Assembly: GCF_018350175.1 (NCBI RefSeq)
Contig: NC_058383.1
Location: 3,782,001 to 3,846,000, forward strand
DNA: 64,000 bases
Direction: 5' to 3'
Source of the DNA: Felis catus
Lineage: Eukaryota
This document shows positions 24,517-38,474 of the stretch, piece by piece. The position numbers were made by a program, and so were the translations under genes. Within the stretch, counting starts at the first letter, position 1; the number at the start of each line of letters is the position of its first letter. Under the pieces are notes generated by a model. That model did no database searches, had not been told where the DNA came from, and worked only from the letters and a program-made list of their open reading frames with translations.

Positions 24517-25308
24517 AAAGTATCACTGTTTCAAGACATAAAGGCATGATGCTTAAAGTGCACATGGCAGGACGTTTCCCGATATCTAAATTTGTATCTT
24601 GTTCTCTCTGCGTTTATTTCTGGAAGTAGCCGGGCCTCGTGTGCCCCTGTTTTAGGGCAGCTGGGATTGCAGAACTGAAAGCACCAGTTTCCAGTGAGAG
24701 CCTCCGAGAAGGACAGAGAGAGAGAAGAGTTCCCAGGAGGGGCGGCCCAGCCAGCCCCGATACGCCTTCTCCTCTAAAATTTCCTCTTTCTACCCCTTTC
24801 CTACGCCTGGAGTCACTCCTCGTGTGGTCCACTGTCTGCTTCTCTCACTGAGCACAAGGTTTGGGGTTCATCTGTATTGTTGCACGTATCCTCTACCCAT
24901 CCCTGCTCGTGCGGAGCATACTTGATTGTACGAAAATACCGTTTTCTTTTCAATGAGCCCACTAGATGATAGACATACGGATCGTTTCCAGCTTGGGTTT
25001 TATGAATAATTCTGCTCTAAACATTCACGGAGTAGTCCTTGACATGTGTTTTCACTTCTCTCGAGCAGATTCCTAGGGGTGGATGCGTTGCATTGCACGC
25101 TGAGTGTATGTTTAACTTTTCGCTAGATTGTGAAAAGATTGTGAGGACTTGGCTGCAAGAGTGGTAAGGGAGCATTTTTGGTGACGGAAACGTTCTAAGA
25201 CATTTGAAAACTGGACAGGACTAAAAGTCATCAGACCATACACTAACTGTGTGAATTTAATATGGAAAACGTCAGGCCTCAATAAAGTTGTTAAAAAAGG
25301 AGACGCTA

Positions 25309-25517
25309 GGGGTACGGCTCAGACAGTAAGTGTCTGACTTCGGCTTAGGTCATGATCTCGGGGTTCGTGGGTTCAGGCCCCACAACGGGCTCTGTGCTGA
25401 CAGCTCAGAGCCTGGAGCCTGCTTCGGATTCTGTGCCTCCCTCTGTCTCTGCCCCTCCCCGACTCATGCTCTGTCTCTCTCTTTCTCAAAAATAAATAAA
25501 CGTTAAAAAAAAAAAAT
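25309..25517 (+). mobile_element. Can-SINE
   Basis: SINE body, (CT)n and A tail, inserted within L1 3'UTR-like DNA. Confidence 0.9.
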
Positions 25518-25608
25518 CAGAATCTGAACACTGGCCAGAAATCTGATAATATTAAGACATTGTTGGGAGTCTTTTACCGGTGATAATATCACGGTTATGT
25601 TTTCTTTA

Positions 25609-25835
25609 TTTTTTTTATTTTTATTTTTTTTTAACGTTTATTTATTTTTGAGACAGAGAGAGACAGAGCATGAACAGGGGAGGGGCAGAGAGAGAGGGAG
25701 ACACAGAATCTGAAACAGGCTCCAGGCTCTGAGCTGTCAGCACAGAGCCCGACGCGGGGCTCGAACTCACGGACTGTGAGATCATGACCTGAGCCGAAGT
25801 TGGACGCTTAACCGACTAAGCCACCCAGGTGCCCC
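25609..25835 (-). mobile_element. Can-SINE
   Basis: 18-bp TSD acggttatgttttcttta at 25591-25608 and 25836-25853. Confidence 0.95.
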
Positions 25836-26859
25836 ACGGTTATGTTTTCTTTAAAACAAACTCTTGTCTTTTAGAGATACATACGGAGTTACAGGAAATG
25901 ATATAATGCCTGAGATTTGCTTCGAAATAATACAGGAGGATCTGGGTGGGCTTATAGATGAAACAAGCCTGCCAATAAGTTGATCGTTGTGGAAGCCGGG
26001 GGATGGATGGATACACGGAGATTTATTTTATTATTCTGTCCTCTTTGGTACATGCTTCCATATTTTAAAGTTTGAAAAGATGAACTTAAGAGTCTCAAAA
26101 GAAAGAAAGAAAAAAAGCCGAATTGGCCACGTCCCGCAGTGGCCACTGACAACACTAGGCAGGAGTGAGGCAGTGAACGTCTGTTGTCTCTGCCTGCTCG
26201 GCACACCCTCCCCCTTCTACTAACAGTGGCCAGACTTTGCTTTAAGGGCCAGCCTCTGCTTGCGTCTTCCGTGGTCTGCCCACCTTCGATCCAGGCCCCG
26301 GGCCCGGAGCCTCGGGGAGCCAGTCAGCCGCTGTCTCCTGGACATTCTCGCTCAGCTCATGTGGGATGGTGTGAAAAGGGGAGAAGCCAGAGCTGATCTC
26401 CCCCCCCCCACCCGAGAGAGCAGCCTTGGGGTGCTGCTGCTATTAATCCCCACGGCAGCTGACTCCCACCCTTTTCGGGAACCCGGATCTCAGCTTTCTT
26501 TGGTTCTGTGAACCGTCCAGCATCACGCCGATAAATTCCCTTCTTGTTTAAGTTGGCCAGTGTCGCTTTCCTTGGCCGAAAACCAAAACACCCCGGGGCA
26601 GACACGGCACAGCTTCCCGGACAGTCTGCACGTTCCTTCCGTCTCTGCACCTCCTTCGGGCAGATTCAGCTACAGGCGCAGACCCCCTCGGACGCTACGA
26701 GTTGCACAAGGCGACCTGGCAACTAAAACAGGAAGGAAAACACACCACACAGAGGCACCGAATTGATAGCTAGGAGCCCTCGCCCTGCTCTAACACAAAT
26801 GGAAAGCATCGTCATGAAGACAGAAACATTGACCGGACCAGAAAAGTTTCACTGGCCTC

Positions 26860-27050
26860 TAACGCACCGTGGGGCAGAAATATATGAAGCGCAGATGAGA
26901 GGCACAGATGTAAGTTCTAAATTTTCCAGGCGCTGCATTAAAGTGGTAAAAAGAAATAGGTGAAATTAATTTCAGTGATACACTTTATTTAAGCCAATAT
27001 ATCCCAAATATTATCATTTCAAACTGTAACCCCTGTGGAAACTATTACTA
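26860..27050. mobile_element. MER33-like hAT-Charlie fragment
   Basis: aaaaagaaataggtgaaattaatttc...caatatatcccaaatattatcatttcaa. Confidence 0.75.
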
Positions 27051-27061
27051 TATTAATAATA

Positions 27062-27134
27062 TTTTTTAATGTTTATTTATTTTTGAGAGAGAGAGGAGAG
27101 ACCTCGCCAGCAGGGGAGGGGCAGAGGAAGAGGG
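27062..27134 (-). mobile_element. Can-SINE 3' (tail) fragment
   Basis: ttttttaatgtttatttatttttgagagag...gcaggggaggggcagag, then an abrupt end. Confidence 0.85.
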
Positions 27135-28035
27135 GCATTGAGCAGTTAGTGGTGGGAGAGGATGCACGGAGCTTCACCAAGAAGCAGAAACGGCTACTGG
27201 GAGACGTACGATTACCTCCCGCGCCCGGTCCCTCGTGCCCGGAGCTTACACGTTGCCCCCCGATCCACGCCACACGATAGAAGCCGAACGAACACGCTGA
27301 AAATCAACAACTCCTAGATCGGCCAGAAAAGGGAGGCCACGGGGCAAACCTCGGTGCCCAAGTGGGGGAGACAGCTTTCCAGAACAGAAGTCCGAGAGCA
27401 GGAGGCACCGGGAGACCCAGCGGGGGCCAGAGAAGCCCCCCCAGGGTGGACGCGGTGGATGCTGGCCTCGCGACGAGGACAAGCTGTGAGAACGAAAACC
27501 TCTCAGCCCTAGGGGTCCGCCCCACATTTCCGTGAGCTTTGCCCCGAGTCTCCATCAGGTCTTAACAGAGGAGGGAAAAACATCCCCTGGGGTGTCCATC
27601 GGGCGAGGGGAAGCAGCCTGTCTTGCAACACGTCCAGGGGGCTCTGCTTTGCAAGGCCTGCCGGGCGGGGTGGGCTTTGGGCTAAGAGTCTGGCTCTCCT
27701 CATCTCCCAGCCTGTTCTTGTAAAGCGCTCTGCGTTTCCGGAAGCAATGTGAATGAGGTTCCGAGTGTCTTGGAGCCCCATCGACATTATTTCTTTTAAG
27801 CCCTCCAACACCCTTCTAAGTCCGCGTTATAGCCGAGGACTCTGAAGCCCGGAGAGGCCAAATAACTCGCCCAAGGTCACGTGACTGGGTAACAGAGGCG
27901 CGGGCTCCACAGCCTGTGTCCCCTCCAGCACACCTTCCTGCCGCTTTGACTTCACTGTGGCGACTCAACGCAGTTCGCTCTGTCCTACGTCGCCAGCCGG
28001 CATATCATCACCAGCATATTGTCTGGCTGCTAAAT

Positions 28036-28186
28036 GGGGGAGGGGTGGAGAGCGAGGGGGACAGAGGATCCGAAGCAGGTTCTGATCCGTCCGCACAGAG
28101 CCAGACGCGGGGCTCAAACTCCCGAACCGTGAGATCATGACCTGAGCCGAAGTCAGACGCTCAACCGACCGAGCCACCCAGGCGCC
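28036..28186 (-). mobile_element. Can-SINE 5' (head) fragment lacking a tail
   Basis: gacgcggggctcaaactcccgaaccgtgagatcatgacctgagccgaagtcagacgctcaacc...gagccacccaggcgcc. Confidence 0.88.
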
Positions 28187-28547
28187 ACCCCCCACTCCTT
28201 CCAACTCCCCTGCTGGTGGCCACACTCCTGCGGAGGCCCCTCCCGTGCTGAACTGGGTGACCGCGTAACCACAGGGACACTGTAGAAACGGCAGGGTGGG
28301 GCTTCCTCGTGTGCTCTCGCCGGAGCTCGTCACCTGGGAGGTAGACCCTCCAGGCTCAGGTAAACTTCCAGGAGATGCGGCCCCGACCCACCCATTGACA
28401 CAACCTCCTGAGACACCCCGTGCAAGAACGACCCAGCTGAGTCGTTCCTTCCCCAATTCCAGGCCCACAGAAACTGAGGTGATACGTGTTCTTGTGTTTT
28501 CAGCATGTTGGAGCCATTTACCGCCCAGCAACAGATGAGCAACACAG

Positions 28548-28548
<1 letters not shown>

Positions 28549-28596
<48 letters not shown>
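28549..28596. repeat. (CT)24 microsatellite
   Basis: Perfect dinucleotide run next to an MLT1-like LTR end (about 28240-28545). Confidence 0.95.
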
Positions 28597-28598
<2 letters not shown>

Positions 28599-29179
28599 CT
28601 GTCTTTTGCAGCTGTACAAAAGTGCAGTCCTGCTCCACAGTGGTCAGAGTTCCCGTGGCTGCATGACAGGAAGCCCTCAGGACGCCGCGAACAGGCAGGA
28701 AGCAGTCCTGGGGCCACAGGAAGCATCCCAGAAGGATAGGGCAGCAGCAGGAAGTAACACTCAGCAGACAGGAAAGGGAAGACGATACAAACACAGAGGT
28801 CTGGGTTCTGCAGGCATTTGACAGATATTAAGTGAGTTCCAACCCTTTGAGGATGCAGGTAGGGACCAGGAGCTTCCGAACTTTGAGGCTTCTCCTCCTC
28901 GGCCCCATCTACCTGCCTTCAGACTCAGCCAGCTCTAACGCTGAGGGTTCCAGAAGCACCCTTTCTTGTTGCTGGGGCTCTGTTCTACTGCTTTGCACGT
29001 ACCCACCCCGGCCCGAGGGTGAAAACCCCTGAGGGCCGTCGGGGGCCCAAGGCATCGCTTCTTTGCAGGTCTGGTACAGCCACCGTGTGCCTGGCACGGT
29101 TCCCGACTTTGGCAGGTAAAGACAGGAGAGAGCGGAGGCAGGAGCCCGGCCACACCCCACCCTCAGAGCGGCTGGGCCG

Positions 29180-29385
29180 GGAGAACTTTCCGCAATGATG
29201 GGCATGTTCTTTATCTGCAGCGATCAGGACAGTAGCCACAGGATAAGGACCTCCACATCCAGCACTCGAAATGTGGCTCATGCCACTGAGGAATGGAATG
29301 CTTAATGTTACTTCACTTTAATTAGAACATACATGCAAATAGCCAGCTGTGGCTAGTGGCTTCTGAATTGGGCGGCATGGCTCTT
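29180..29385. mobile_element. MER3-like hAT-Charlie transposon
   Basis: agaactttccgcaatgatgg...gtagccac...agcactcgaaatgtggct...aatagccagctgtggctagtggct. Confidence 0.8.
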
Positions 29386-29439
29386 ATCCACGTTCGGGGT
29401 CTCTAACGCAGGCTCTGTAGAGTTGTATTTTTATTTTTT

Positions 29440-30480
29440 AATTTGTAAATTAAAGCACTATTTACATAGAGGAAATTTTGCTTTAAACCTTTTTTTTTTT
29501 TTTTTTACCGTTTATTCACTTTTGAGAGAGAAGAAAGAGCCTGAGTGGGGGAGGGGCAGCAAGCGAGGGAGACAGAATCCGAAGCAGGCTCCAGGCTTCA
29601 AGCTGTCAGCACAGAGCCCGACGCGGGGCTCGAACCCACGAACCGTGAGATCAGGACCTGAGCCGAAGCCAGACGCTCTACCAACTGAGCCACCCAGACG
29701 CCCCGAAAATTTGCTTTTTTTAGTGCACAGTTTTGCTACTTTTGACAGATACACAGAGTCACGCAATCGCCACCACGATCATCCCCTCCCCCGCCCCCCA
29801 AATTCCCACATGTCATTTTGCGGTCAGCCTCTCCCCAGACCTCCAGCCCCTGGCAACCGCTCACCTGTTTCTGTCTCTATAGTTTTGCTTTTCCCGGAAC
29901 GTCCTGCAGATGAAAGCCTACCCGGGGCATTTTGGGGTTCACCCGTCTTCTGCAGATTCGCACTTGGCTCTTTTTCGTTGCCACGTTGTATTCCACCGCG
30001 TGGCTGTACGGCAATTTGTTAATCGGTCCCCAGTTGGGGTGCATTGGGATCGTTGGGGCGTTTCCACTTTTTGGTGGTTATTTGCATACAGGTTTTTTGT
30101 ACCAACGCAAGTTTTCATTACACTTGGGTTAAAGCCACGTAATGGGGCCGCCAGCCAGAAGGTGAGTTTGCTGAACTTCATAAGAAACCGCCAACTGTCT
30201 TCTCAAGCGGTGGCGTCGTCGTGCACATCCCGCCAGCTAGGTCAGCGAGCCCCCGGCCGCTCCACGTTTGCAACAACAGTTGGTATCGTCATTTTCCTTA
30301 AGTAACTTCAGTAGGTGTCTACCGATGTCTCGTTGTTTCAACTCACTCCCAACAAGGGGTGATGTCGAGACTCTTTTCCTGTGCTTGTCTGTCATCCATA
30401 TATATCTTCTTTGATAAATAATCTGTTCATGTTTTGTCTTGTGTTTTCTTTTATTTTTTTTTCTTAAATGGGGTGTTTCT
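29440..30480 (-). mobile_element. LINE-1 (L1MB-like) 3' fragment containing a Can-SINE (about 29490-29704)
   Basis: cccagcccctggcaacc-type motif, tctgtctctatagttttgcttttcc and ttcataagaaaccgccaactgt; SINE TSD about gaaa(a/t)tttgcttt. Confidence 0.8.
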
Positions 30481-30509
30481 CCGGATAGTTCACTGCCTCT
30501 TTTGTTCTT

Positions 30510-30727
30510 TTTTAAAAAAATTTAGCGTTTTTTACTCATTTTTGAGAGAGAAAGAGACAGAGCGTGAGCGGGGGAGGGGCAGAGAAGGGGAGACACGGGA
30601 CCCAAAGCAGGTTCCAGGTTCTGAGCTGTCAGCACAGAGCCCGACGCGGGGCTCGAACCCACGAACCGTGAGATCGTGACCTGAGCCGAAGTCGGCCACT
30701 TAACTGACTGAGCCACCCAGGTGCCCC
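30510..30727 (-). mobile_element. Can-SINE
   Basis: Antisense SINE; cactgcctctttt on both flanks. Confidence 0.93.
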
Positions 30728-31394
30728 TGTGCACTGCCTCTTTTTAACACGGTCTTGTCCCCTCCCAATAAAGCCCACTAAAGCCCACTTTTCTTCTTGA
30801 TGGTTTAGTGTCTTGGTATTAGTTCTATTTCTTTCTGTTTCTGCAACCAGCTCCAGGAGCTTCTATCAGGGTAAGAGGCTGACGGTCACAGGGTCCGAAA
30901 GGTTGACAAGGTTCGCCCTTGCAAGCTGTTTATTGCTCCTTTTCCGAGTGCCCGATTCGTGAGGGAGCTTCTCCGTGCCCTCCAGACCTGGACGGAGCGA
31001 GAAGAAGTCAGCGTCTTGCATTTTGCTTCTTTAATGGCCTTTTACTGGCCCTTTGCTCGCGCCGTCTGTTGAAGCTGTCAGGATATCCAGTGGCTTGCTG
31101 TTGGAGGAAGGAATGCAGTGGGTGTCTGGACTTGGCAGGGTCACCGTGACGCAGCCCACGAGCTGCTGGTGTTACCAACACGCGTGGCCTTGCTCCTTGG
31201 GAAAAGACTCGTGGAGCTCTGTCGGTCTGGGCCTGAGCCTTCACGTTGGACGGTAAGTTCAGCCGGAGGGGCCTGGATATACACAACGTGCCTCTTGTCA
31301 TCCAACACACCAGGCATCGAAAAGCGAGAAGTCACCTCAGATGACCCAGAAGAAAGAATCTTGGAGGTTGTATGTAAATCTCTCACTCTTAAAA

Positions 31395-32130
31395 AAAAAA
31401 AAAAATCGTGGTAAAATACACCACGTGAATTTTACCATCTTAAACACCTTCAGCTTGGTAGCACTGAGTTCATCCACCTTACTGTGCGGGCATCCCGACC
31501 ATCCGTGTTCAAAACTTCTTCATCTTGCAAAACTGAAACTGTGTCCCCATTACCTCTCTCTCCGCCAGCCCCTGGCACGCACCCTTGTACTCTCTGTATC
31601 TAAGAACCTGACGACCCTGGGGACCTTATATAAGGGGAATTATACAATACTTGACTTTCTGTGACCAACTGGTTTCTCTTAGCACAGTGTCCTCGAGATT
31701 CACCCATGGGGGAGGAGGTGTCAGAATTCCCTTCCTTTTTTTTAAATAAATGTAAAAAAAATTTTTTTAATGTTTATTTTTGAAAGAGAGAGAGAAGGAG
31801 GGGCACAGAGAAAGGCACGGGATCCGAAGCAGGCTCCAGGCTCTGAGCTGTCAGCACAGACCCCAAATCGGGGCTCGAATGCGTGAACCAAGAGATGGTG
31901 ACCTGAGTGGAAGTCAGACGCTGATCCCACTGAGCCCCCCCCCCCGCCCCAGGCGCCCCTCCTTCCTTTTTCAGGCCGAGTGACTGATACCCCATTGGCT
32001 GTCTGGCCACACATGTGGGTGGAACTCTGGCTCCCACCTTTTGGTGCTGCTGTGAACATGGATGGACAAACATCTTTTCAAGACCCTGCTTTCAATTCTT
32101 TGGGGTTTATACCTAGAAATCGAATTGCCC
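31395..32130 (-). mobile_element. LINE-1 (L1MB-like) 3' fragment containing a Can-SINE (about 31740-31959)
   Basis: tttaccatcttaa...catcttgcaaaactgaaact...caagaccctgctttcaattctttggggtttatacctagaa; SINE flanked by ccttccttttt. Confidence 0.85.
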
Positions 32131-32134
32131 CAAC

Positions 32135-32960
32135 TTCTGTCCACCTCTCTCCTTCGGCCCCCGCCCTGCCCCCTCGCCTGACTTACCAGCTTCCTTACTG
32201 GCCTCCCACAGTCACTGACCCCTTTCGGACTCGAGCTCCACACAACAGCCAGTGGTTCTATTTCAAATACGTGGGTCAAATACGTGTGCCTTTCTGCCGA
32301 AAACCCCTCAGTGGTTTCCATGGCCGGTGGGATAAGACCTAAATCCTTACATGACCCAACATGGCCCGTTAGGCTTTTTTGCCTAATTGGGCCCAGCTGA
32401 CGTGGTCACTCTCTCTTCCATCCTCGTGACCTGTCAGTCCCTTGAAGGTGCCACGCTCCCTTAACACATGCTGTTCCTTGGCTAGAATCCCATCCCCCAG
32501 ACTCCCACCCCCCCCCCACACCCCAAATCATCTTTGGACTTCAGATCAACTGTCATTCCTTAGGGAAGAGATCCCTGACCCTGTTTTTACTGTCCTCTTC
32601 CCTCTGCCAAGTATGTTTTCTTGTGACAGCTTTTCATAAAAATGTTTTACAACCCTCCCCCCCCGCCCCCGCCGCACCCCGCCAGCACCACAAACTTCTC
32701 TATCTCCATTTGTACCTCTGTATTTGCTCAGACGATGATTGGTTAATACGTCCTGCACGTCCAGGCTGGAAAGTGAGTAAACAGGCAAACTTCTCACCCT
32801 GGGGGGCCCCTTCTCCCCAGACATTCTCAGGTCACCACCCAGCAATGCCTCACAGGATTTTTGATGGTGGTGATTTTGTATTTATTAGCACATGCATTTG
32901 ACCCACGTCTGCATCTCCCACTGAATTGTTAGCTCCACCAGGGAGGGTCTGTGTTCTGAC
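32135..32960 (+). mobile_element. LINE-2 fragments
   Basis: aaaacccctcagtggtttcc...gataagacctaaatcctta...catgctgttccttggctagaat and tctccca...ttagctccaccagggagg. Confidence 0.55.
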
Positions 32961-32972
32961 ACTTGACAATCA

Positions 32973-33126
32973 TTTTTTTTTCCTCCCCCACTATCCCAAA
33001 TTATGCAGTGGAGGTTTCTGCAGTTGGGGAGGTCGCAGGGGTCAGCACATCTGGAGTGCAATGGACCAGCCTCATCCTAGGAAAACCACCTTCATGATCA
33101 TGGTATCTCCCAGGCCAGGTAAGTAA
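32973..33126 (-). pseudogene. Processed U1 snRNA pseudogene (3'-truncated, A-tailed)
   Basis: The minus strand reads TACTTACCTGGCCTGGGAGATACCATGATCATGAAGGTGGTTTTCCTAGG...TCCATTGCACTCCAGATGTGCTGACCCCTGCGA...CTGCATAATTTGGGATAGTGGGGGA, which is U1 snRNA with scattered substitutions, an altered Sm site and most of stem-loop 4 missing. It is followed by A9. Degenerate TSD gacaat(c/t)att near 32965 and 33129. Confidence 0.93.
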
Positions 33127-33779
33127 TCGACAATTATTAAATGATGGAAATGTGGGAACGTTGCCACCTTTTTAGGGGGCCTGGCTGAATTAGGAAGGCA
33201 TATGGGGGTCCTCCGTAGTACTAGAGGGGTACTAGAGGGGTCTGACCCCTAGTGCCCCACTGGCCAGGCATGTTCTTCCCGGATGAGCAGGTAAACAGCT
33301 TGAAGGGCAAAGCTGTGTCTGCCTTCCTGAAGCCGGTGCCTAGCCTGGGTCCCAGGATATTTGATCTAGCTGTTAGTTGATTGAATAAATGATTCCAAAA
33401 AGGAACACAGACATCAGTGATCGCAAGCATCTTTAGGCAAACTCCATTTACAGTAGAAAACCCTTAATTCAGGTGCTTAAGTGTGAAGGCAGTTTAGGCT
33501 AGGGGGGTGGAGCGTGTGGGCCCCAGAGACTGCTGAGCTCATTTGTCCCTTTGCCCAGTGACCCAGGAGCAAAACTCTCCAGCTAGACTTTTAGGGGTTC
33601 CCCTCCTCAGCCCTCCCACCCCAAGGGAGGACTGGGGGGGGGAGGGCAGTCGTCCCTCCCCCCTCCCCAGGACGGTCCCCACCTTCCCGGCACCCCCCAC
33701 CCCACCCAAGGACAGGAACTGGGGCAGGACAGCCGTCCCCCCTCCCCGGTCTTCTCCCACCCCCACCCCAGGAGTGGGA

Positions 33780-35300
<1,521 letters not shown>

Positions 35301-36954
35301 GTCAATGGCAGTGACTTTGGGCGTGTGAGGGACGTTCCCATTCCCAGGGCGGAGGGACAGGGCAGGAAGTGCTGGGTCCTCAGTGCCCCTGAATGCGCTG
35401 CTCCTGGGTGGGGCAGTGGTACCCAGCACTTAGAGCATTTGTAGCACAGCCTGGGATTCCTGAGCCCAAAGGGGAAACAGCAGGGGGGGGGGGCAGGGCA
35501 GGGAGAAGGCGGTTCCAGGGGTGGCACGGCCACTGTCACAAGCGTGCTTTTAGCGACATTCACTCACTTTCCCTTGTCTTCTGGCTCCCACGTCCACTTT
35601 TTCCCCCATGGGCTCTGCTCCTGCGATCCCTGCTTTCTCAAGGTCTGTTGATGAGGAGAAAGCCTATTTACCTGCCCCGCTTCCTCTTCAGGGCACTTTC
35701 TGTTTCTGTGTAGTAATTGCCTTTAACTCCTCACGGAGTGTTTATATTTCTCCAACCGGCTTCCTGTTGCACAGTCGTCTCTGATGGGCTAAGTGTTCTT
35801 TAAGAGAGAGTTCAGGGGATTTTTGCTGGGGTGATCCCCGGCACCCAAAGCTTGTTTCTGTAAACTTCTCCCCTCCCCAGGGTCTTGGCGTGCTGGCTTG
35901 TAAATATTGCACTGAATAGTTTCCCAGTGCAACACCAGCAGTGACTCATTCCTGCTTAGGGTGTGAGAACAGACCTTTATTTTGCAAACTTGAAAGGTAT
36001 GTATTTGGGTAAAATCAGGGCTTGGCGAGTCACAAAGTTATTCTATCCTGTGTTTGTTACCACTTTGTTCTCTCTGTTCTGGGCCATTCAGTACATTTCA
36101 GGGCCTGGGAGAGTGACAGGCAGAACAGCGCCTTCCCCTCCCCGCCCTGGGGCTCTTAGAGGCCTGTTTCTGCTAATGCCCGTCTGTATACTGGAGGCTG
36201 ATTTTCAGAGCGCCCTGCCCAGTTGTTCAATAGGTACACTAACTAGGGCTTAGCTTACTGAATCTAGAGCCCACGGTATCTTCTGGAACTCGAAGGGACG
36301 GAGTGTTAGCCCGCCGAGTCCTCAGACCAGCCTCAGGATGGGCCATTCCCAGGTCTGTGGCCTGTAACGCGCGGTGGGTGTTCGTGGTGCATCTCAGGTC
36401 TGCCCTCGAGGGGCCTGCCTCCTTGGTGGGCGCGTCTGGAGCGCTGTGCTGTGGCTGACCAGGCTCTCTGCCCCGCTGTGCCTGGGTCTGACTCGAGACG
36501 AGCTTCTGAGCAATCTCCACGTAGGCAGTGATGTAAAAATCACAAGAACAGAACAAACGGGCAGAAGGAGAAACATTAAGTGGACGTCCGTGTCTCCCCT
36601 CCCGTTTGCTTCTGAAAACCGACAAAGCCTGTTGACTGACGTGTTTGGCAGTTTGAGTGGGTTTATGTTTTGTTTTGTGTTTTGTTTTGTTTTTTTCTGT
36701 TTTAGAGATCGTAAACTAACTCCGTAATCCCGCGTATGAAATGGCTGTTGTCAGCTTCTCAGAGCTAGGCTCTCTGGCCTGTCCCACCGAAAGCACTCAG
36801 GAAATTTTAATGAATTCGGTGCAAGGAAGTTGAATGTGTACGTTTTTGTCACTCCCAAAATAGGAAATTCGTTATTTTTAAAGAAAGGTAGTAATTAATG
36901 TCTGTTTCCTCTCAGGCATTGGTACATGGTTCTGCCATTAACATTGAAGCTCTG

Positions 36955-37148
36955 GGGGCGCCTGGGTGGCTCCGTCGGTTAAGCGTCCGACTTCCGCTCA
37001 GGTCATGATCTCACGGTTTGTGAGTTCCAGCCCCGCGTCGGGCTCTGTGCTGACAGCTCGGAGCCTGGAGCCTGCTTCCGATTCTGTATCCCCCTCTTTC
37101 TGCCCTTCCCCTGCTCTCTCTCTGTCTCAAAAATAATTAAGTATTAAA
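36955..37148 (+). mobile_element. Can-SINE (intronic)
   Basis: Full SINE; ttgaagct on both flanks. Confidence 0.93.
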
Positions 37149-37299
37149 ACAGTGTGGTTTTTTTTTTTTAGTATTTGAAGCTATGAATTTCTTTACCATA
37201 AATTTAAAATTCCTATCGTGTTGGCATTTCGTTGATTTGGCGATGCTTGGATTTCATGGAGTGCAGGTGCATGAGCCTTGGGACCTTGTTTTTGTTTTT

Positions 37300-37319
37300 T
37301 TGTTGTTGTTGTTGTTGTT
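37300..37319. repeat. Short (TTG)n tract
   Basis: ttgttgttgttgttgttgtt. Confidence 0.85.
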
Positions 37320-38474
37320 TTTGCGCTGTGGTCATAGACACACCCTTTCCCGATGGGGGATGTCACACGCACCTCCCATCCCGGGGACAGGTTCCGCTGC
37401 GCATTCCTCACTCTTCTTCCCCACTCAAGAAAGCATGTGGCTAAGAGGAATACCAGAATGTACCCCAGTTTATTTCTGGAGGTACGTTTTCCCAAAACTT
37501 CCATGTTTTTGAATGACTGGTGGGAAAACAGTTCCTTGTGACACACTGAGAGCTGGCCCTGCCTGCGGCTGCGGGGCTCCACCGCGATGAGTGCGCGGGG
37601 ACGCACAGGGAGGGAAGCGCGTCCGTTATGACTTGTGCTAAGTTATACACGCCCCTAAGTTAGCGCGCACCTCGCTGGACTCTGCCGGGCCTCCCGAGCC
37701 GCGGGTCCAGCATTTCTCCCCACGACTGGGTCGGACGCGGTTCTCCCTCCCTGGAGACGCAGCGCAGGAACTGGCGGGCAGTGCGTGCACAGAGCTGAGT
37801 TGTGTTTGTTGAATGAACTCATGAGTAACTGGAGGGATTTGCAGCGTCCGTGGGGAAAGCACTGGCACTGATTTCACGCGGTTTTCTGAGGTGGAGAGTC
37901 AACTTGCCCCGGGGCCGCGTGGACCCCGTTCCCTGGTTTTGCGGGTGGGTACGGTGTGCGTGTGACTAGTTCTTTACGCCCTCAGATTTGGAACTTGACG
38001 TTGACGTTATGTGTGAGCCACACAGAGAAAGGCCCGTACGCAGCCCCCCACGTGCTCTTGCCCCCTCTTTTCCAGCCTTCTTTTCTTTAAAAAACAGGTT
38101 TGTAATAAACATGGGCTACTTGATTAATTACAGTACAAACAAGACTTCTGTTTGCGATGGCCTCTGGGAGTGGTAAGATCACAGGGTCCTTTTTTCCCTT
38201 TTTCCTTTCCCGTGTTTTCCAACCTTTTGGGGACGAGCAGGGGTCTTTTTTTCTTCCCCTGACACTTTTTATGACAGAACATTTCAAACTTGGAAATAGA
38301 GCGGTGAACTTCTATGCACCCGTCACCAGCGTCGGGGGTAGCCTGCCGTGACCTGGCTTACTTTTCCTTCGTCCCCACTCAGCTTTCCTGCGGCCCCCAC
38401 TTATCTGGACGGAAATCACAAATGTCATCTCCTTCTGTGTGTCAATGCTTCAGTAAAGATAAAGATCCTTTCAA

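Noticed and set aside
32973..33126. Functional U1 snRNA gene
   Set aside because: Truncated stem-loop 4, altered Sm site, A-tail and TSD point to a retrocopy, and I recognised no snRNA promoter or 3' box.
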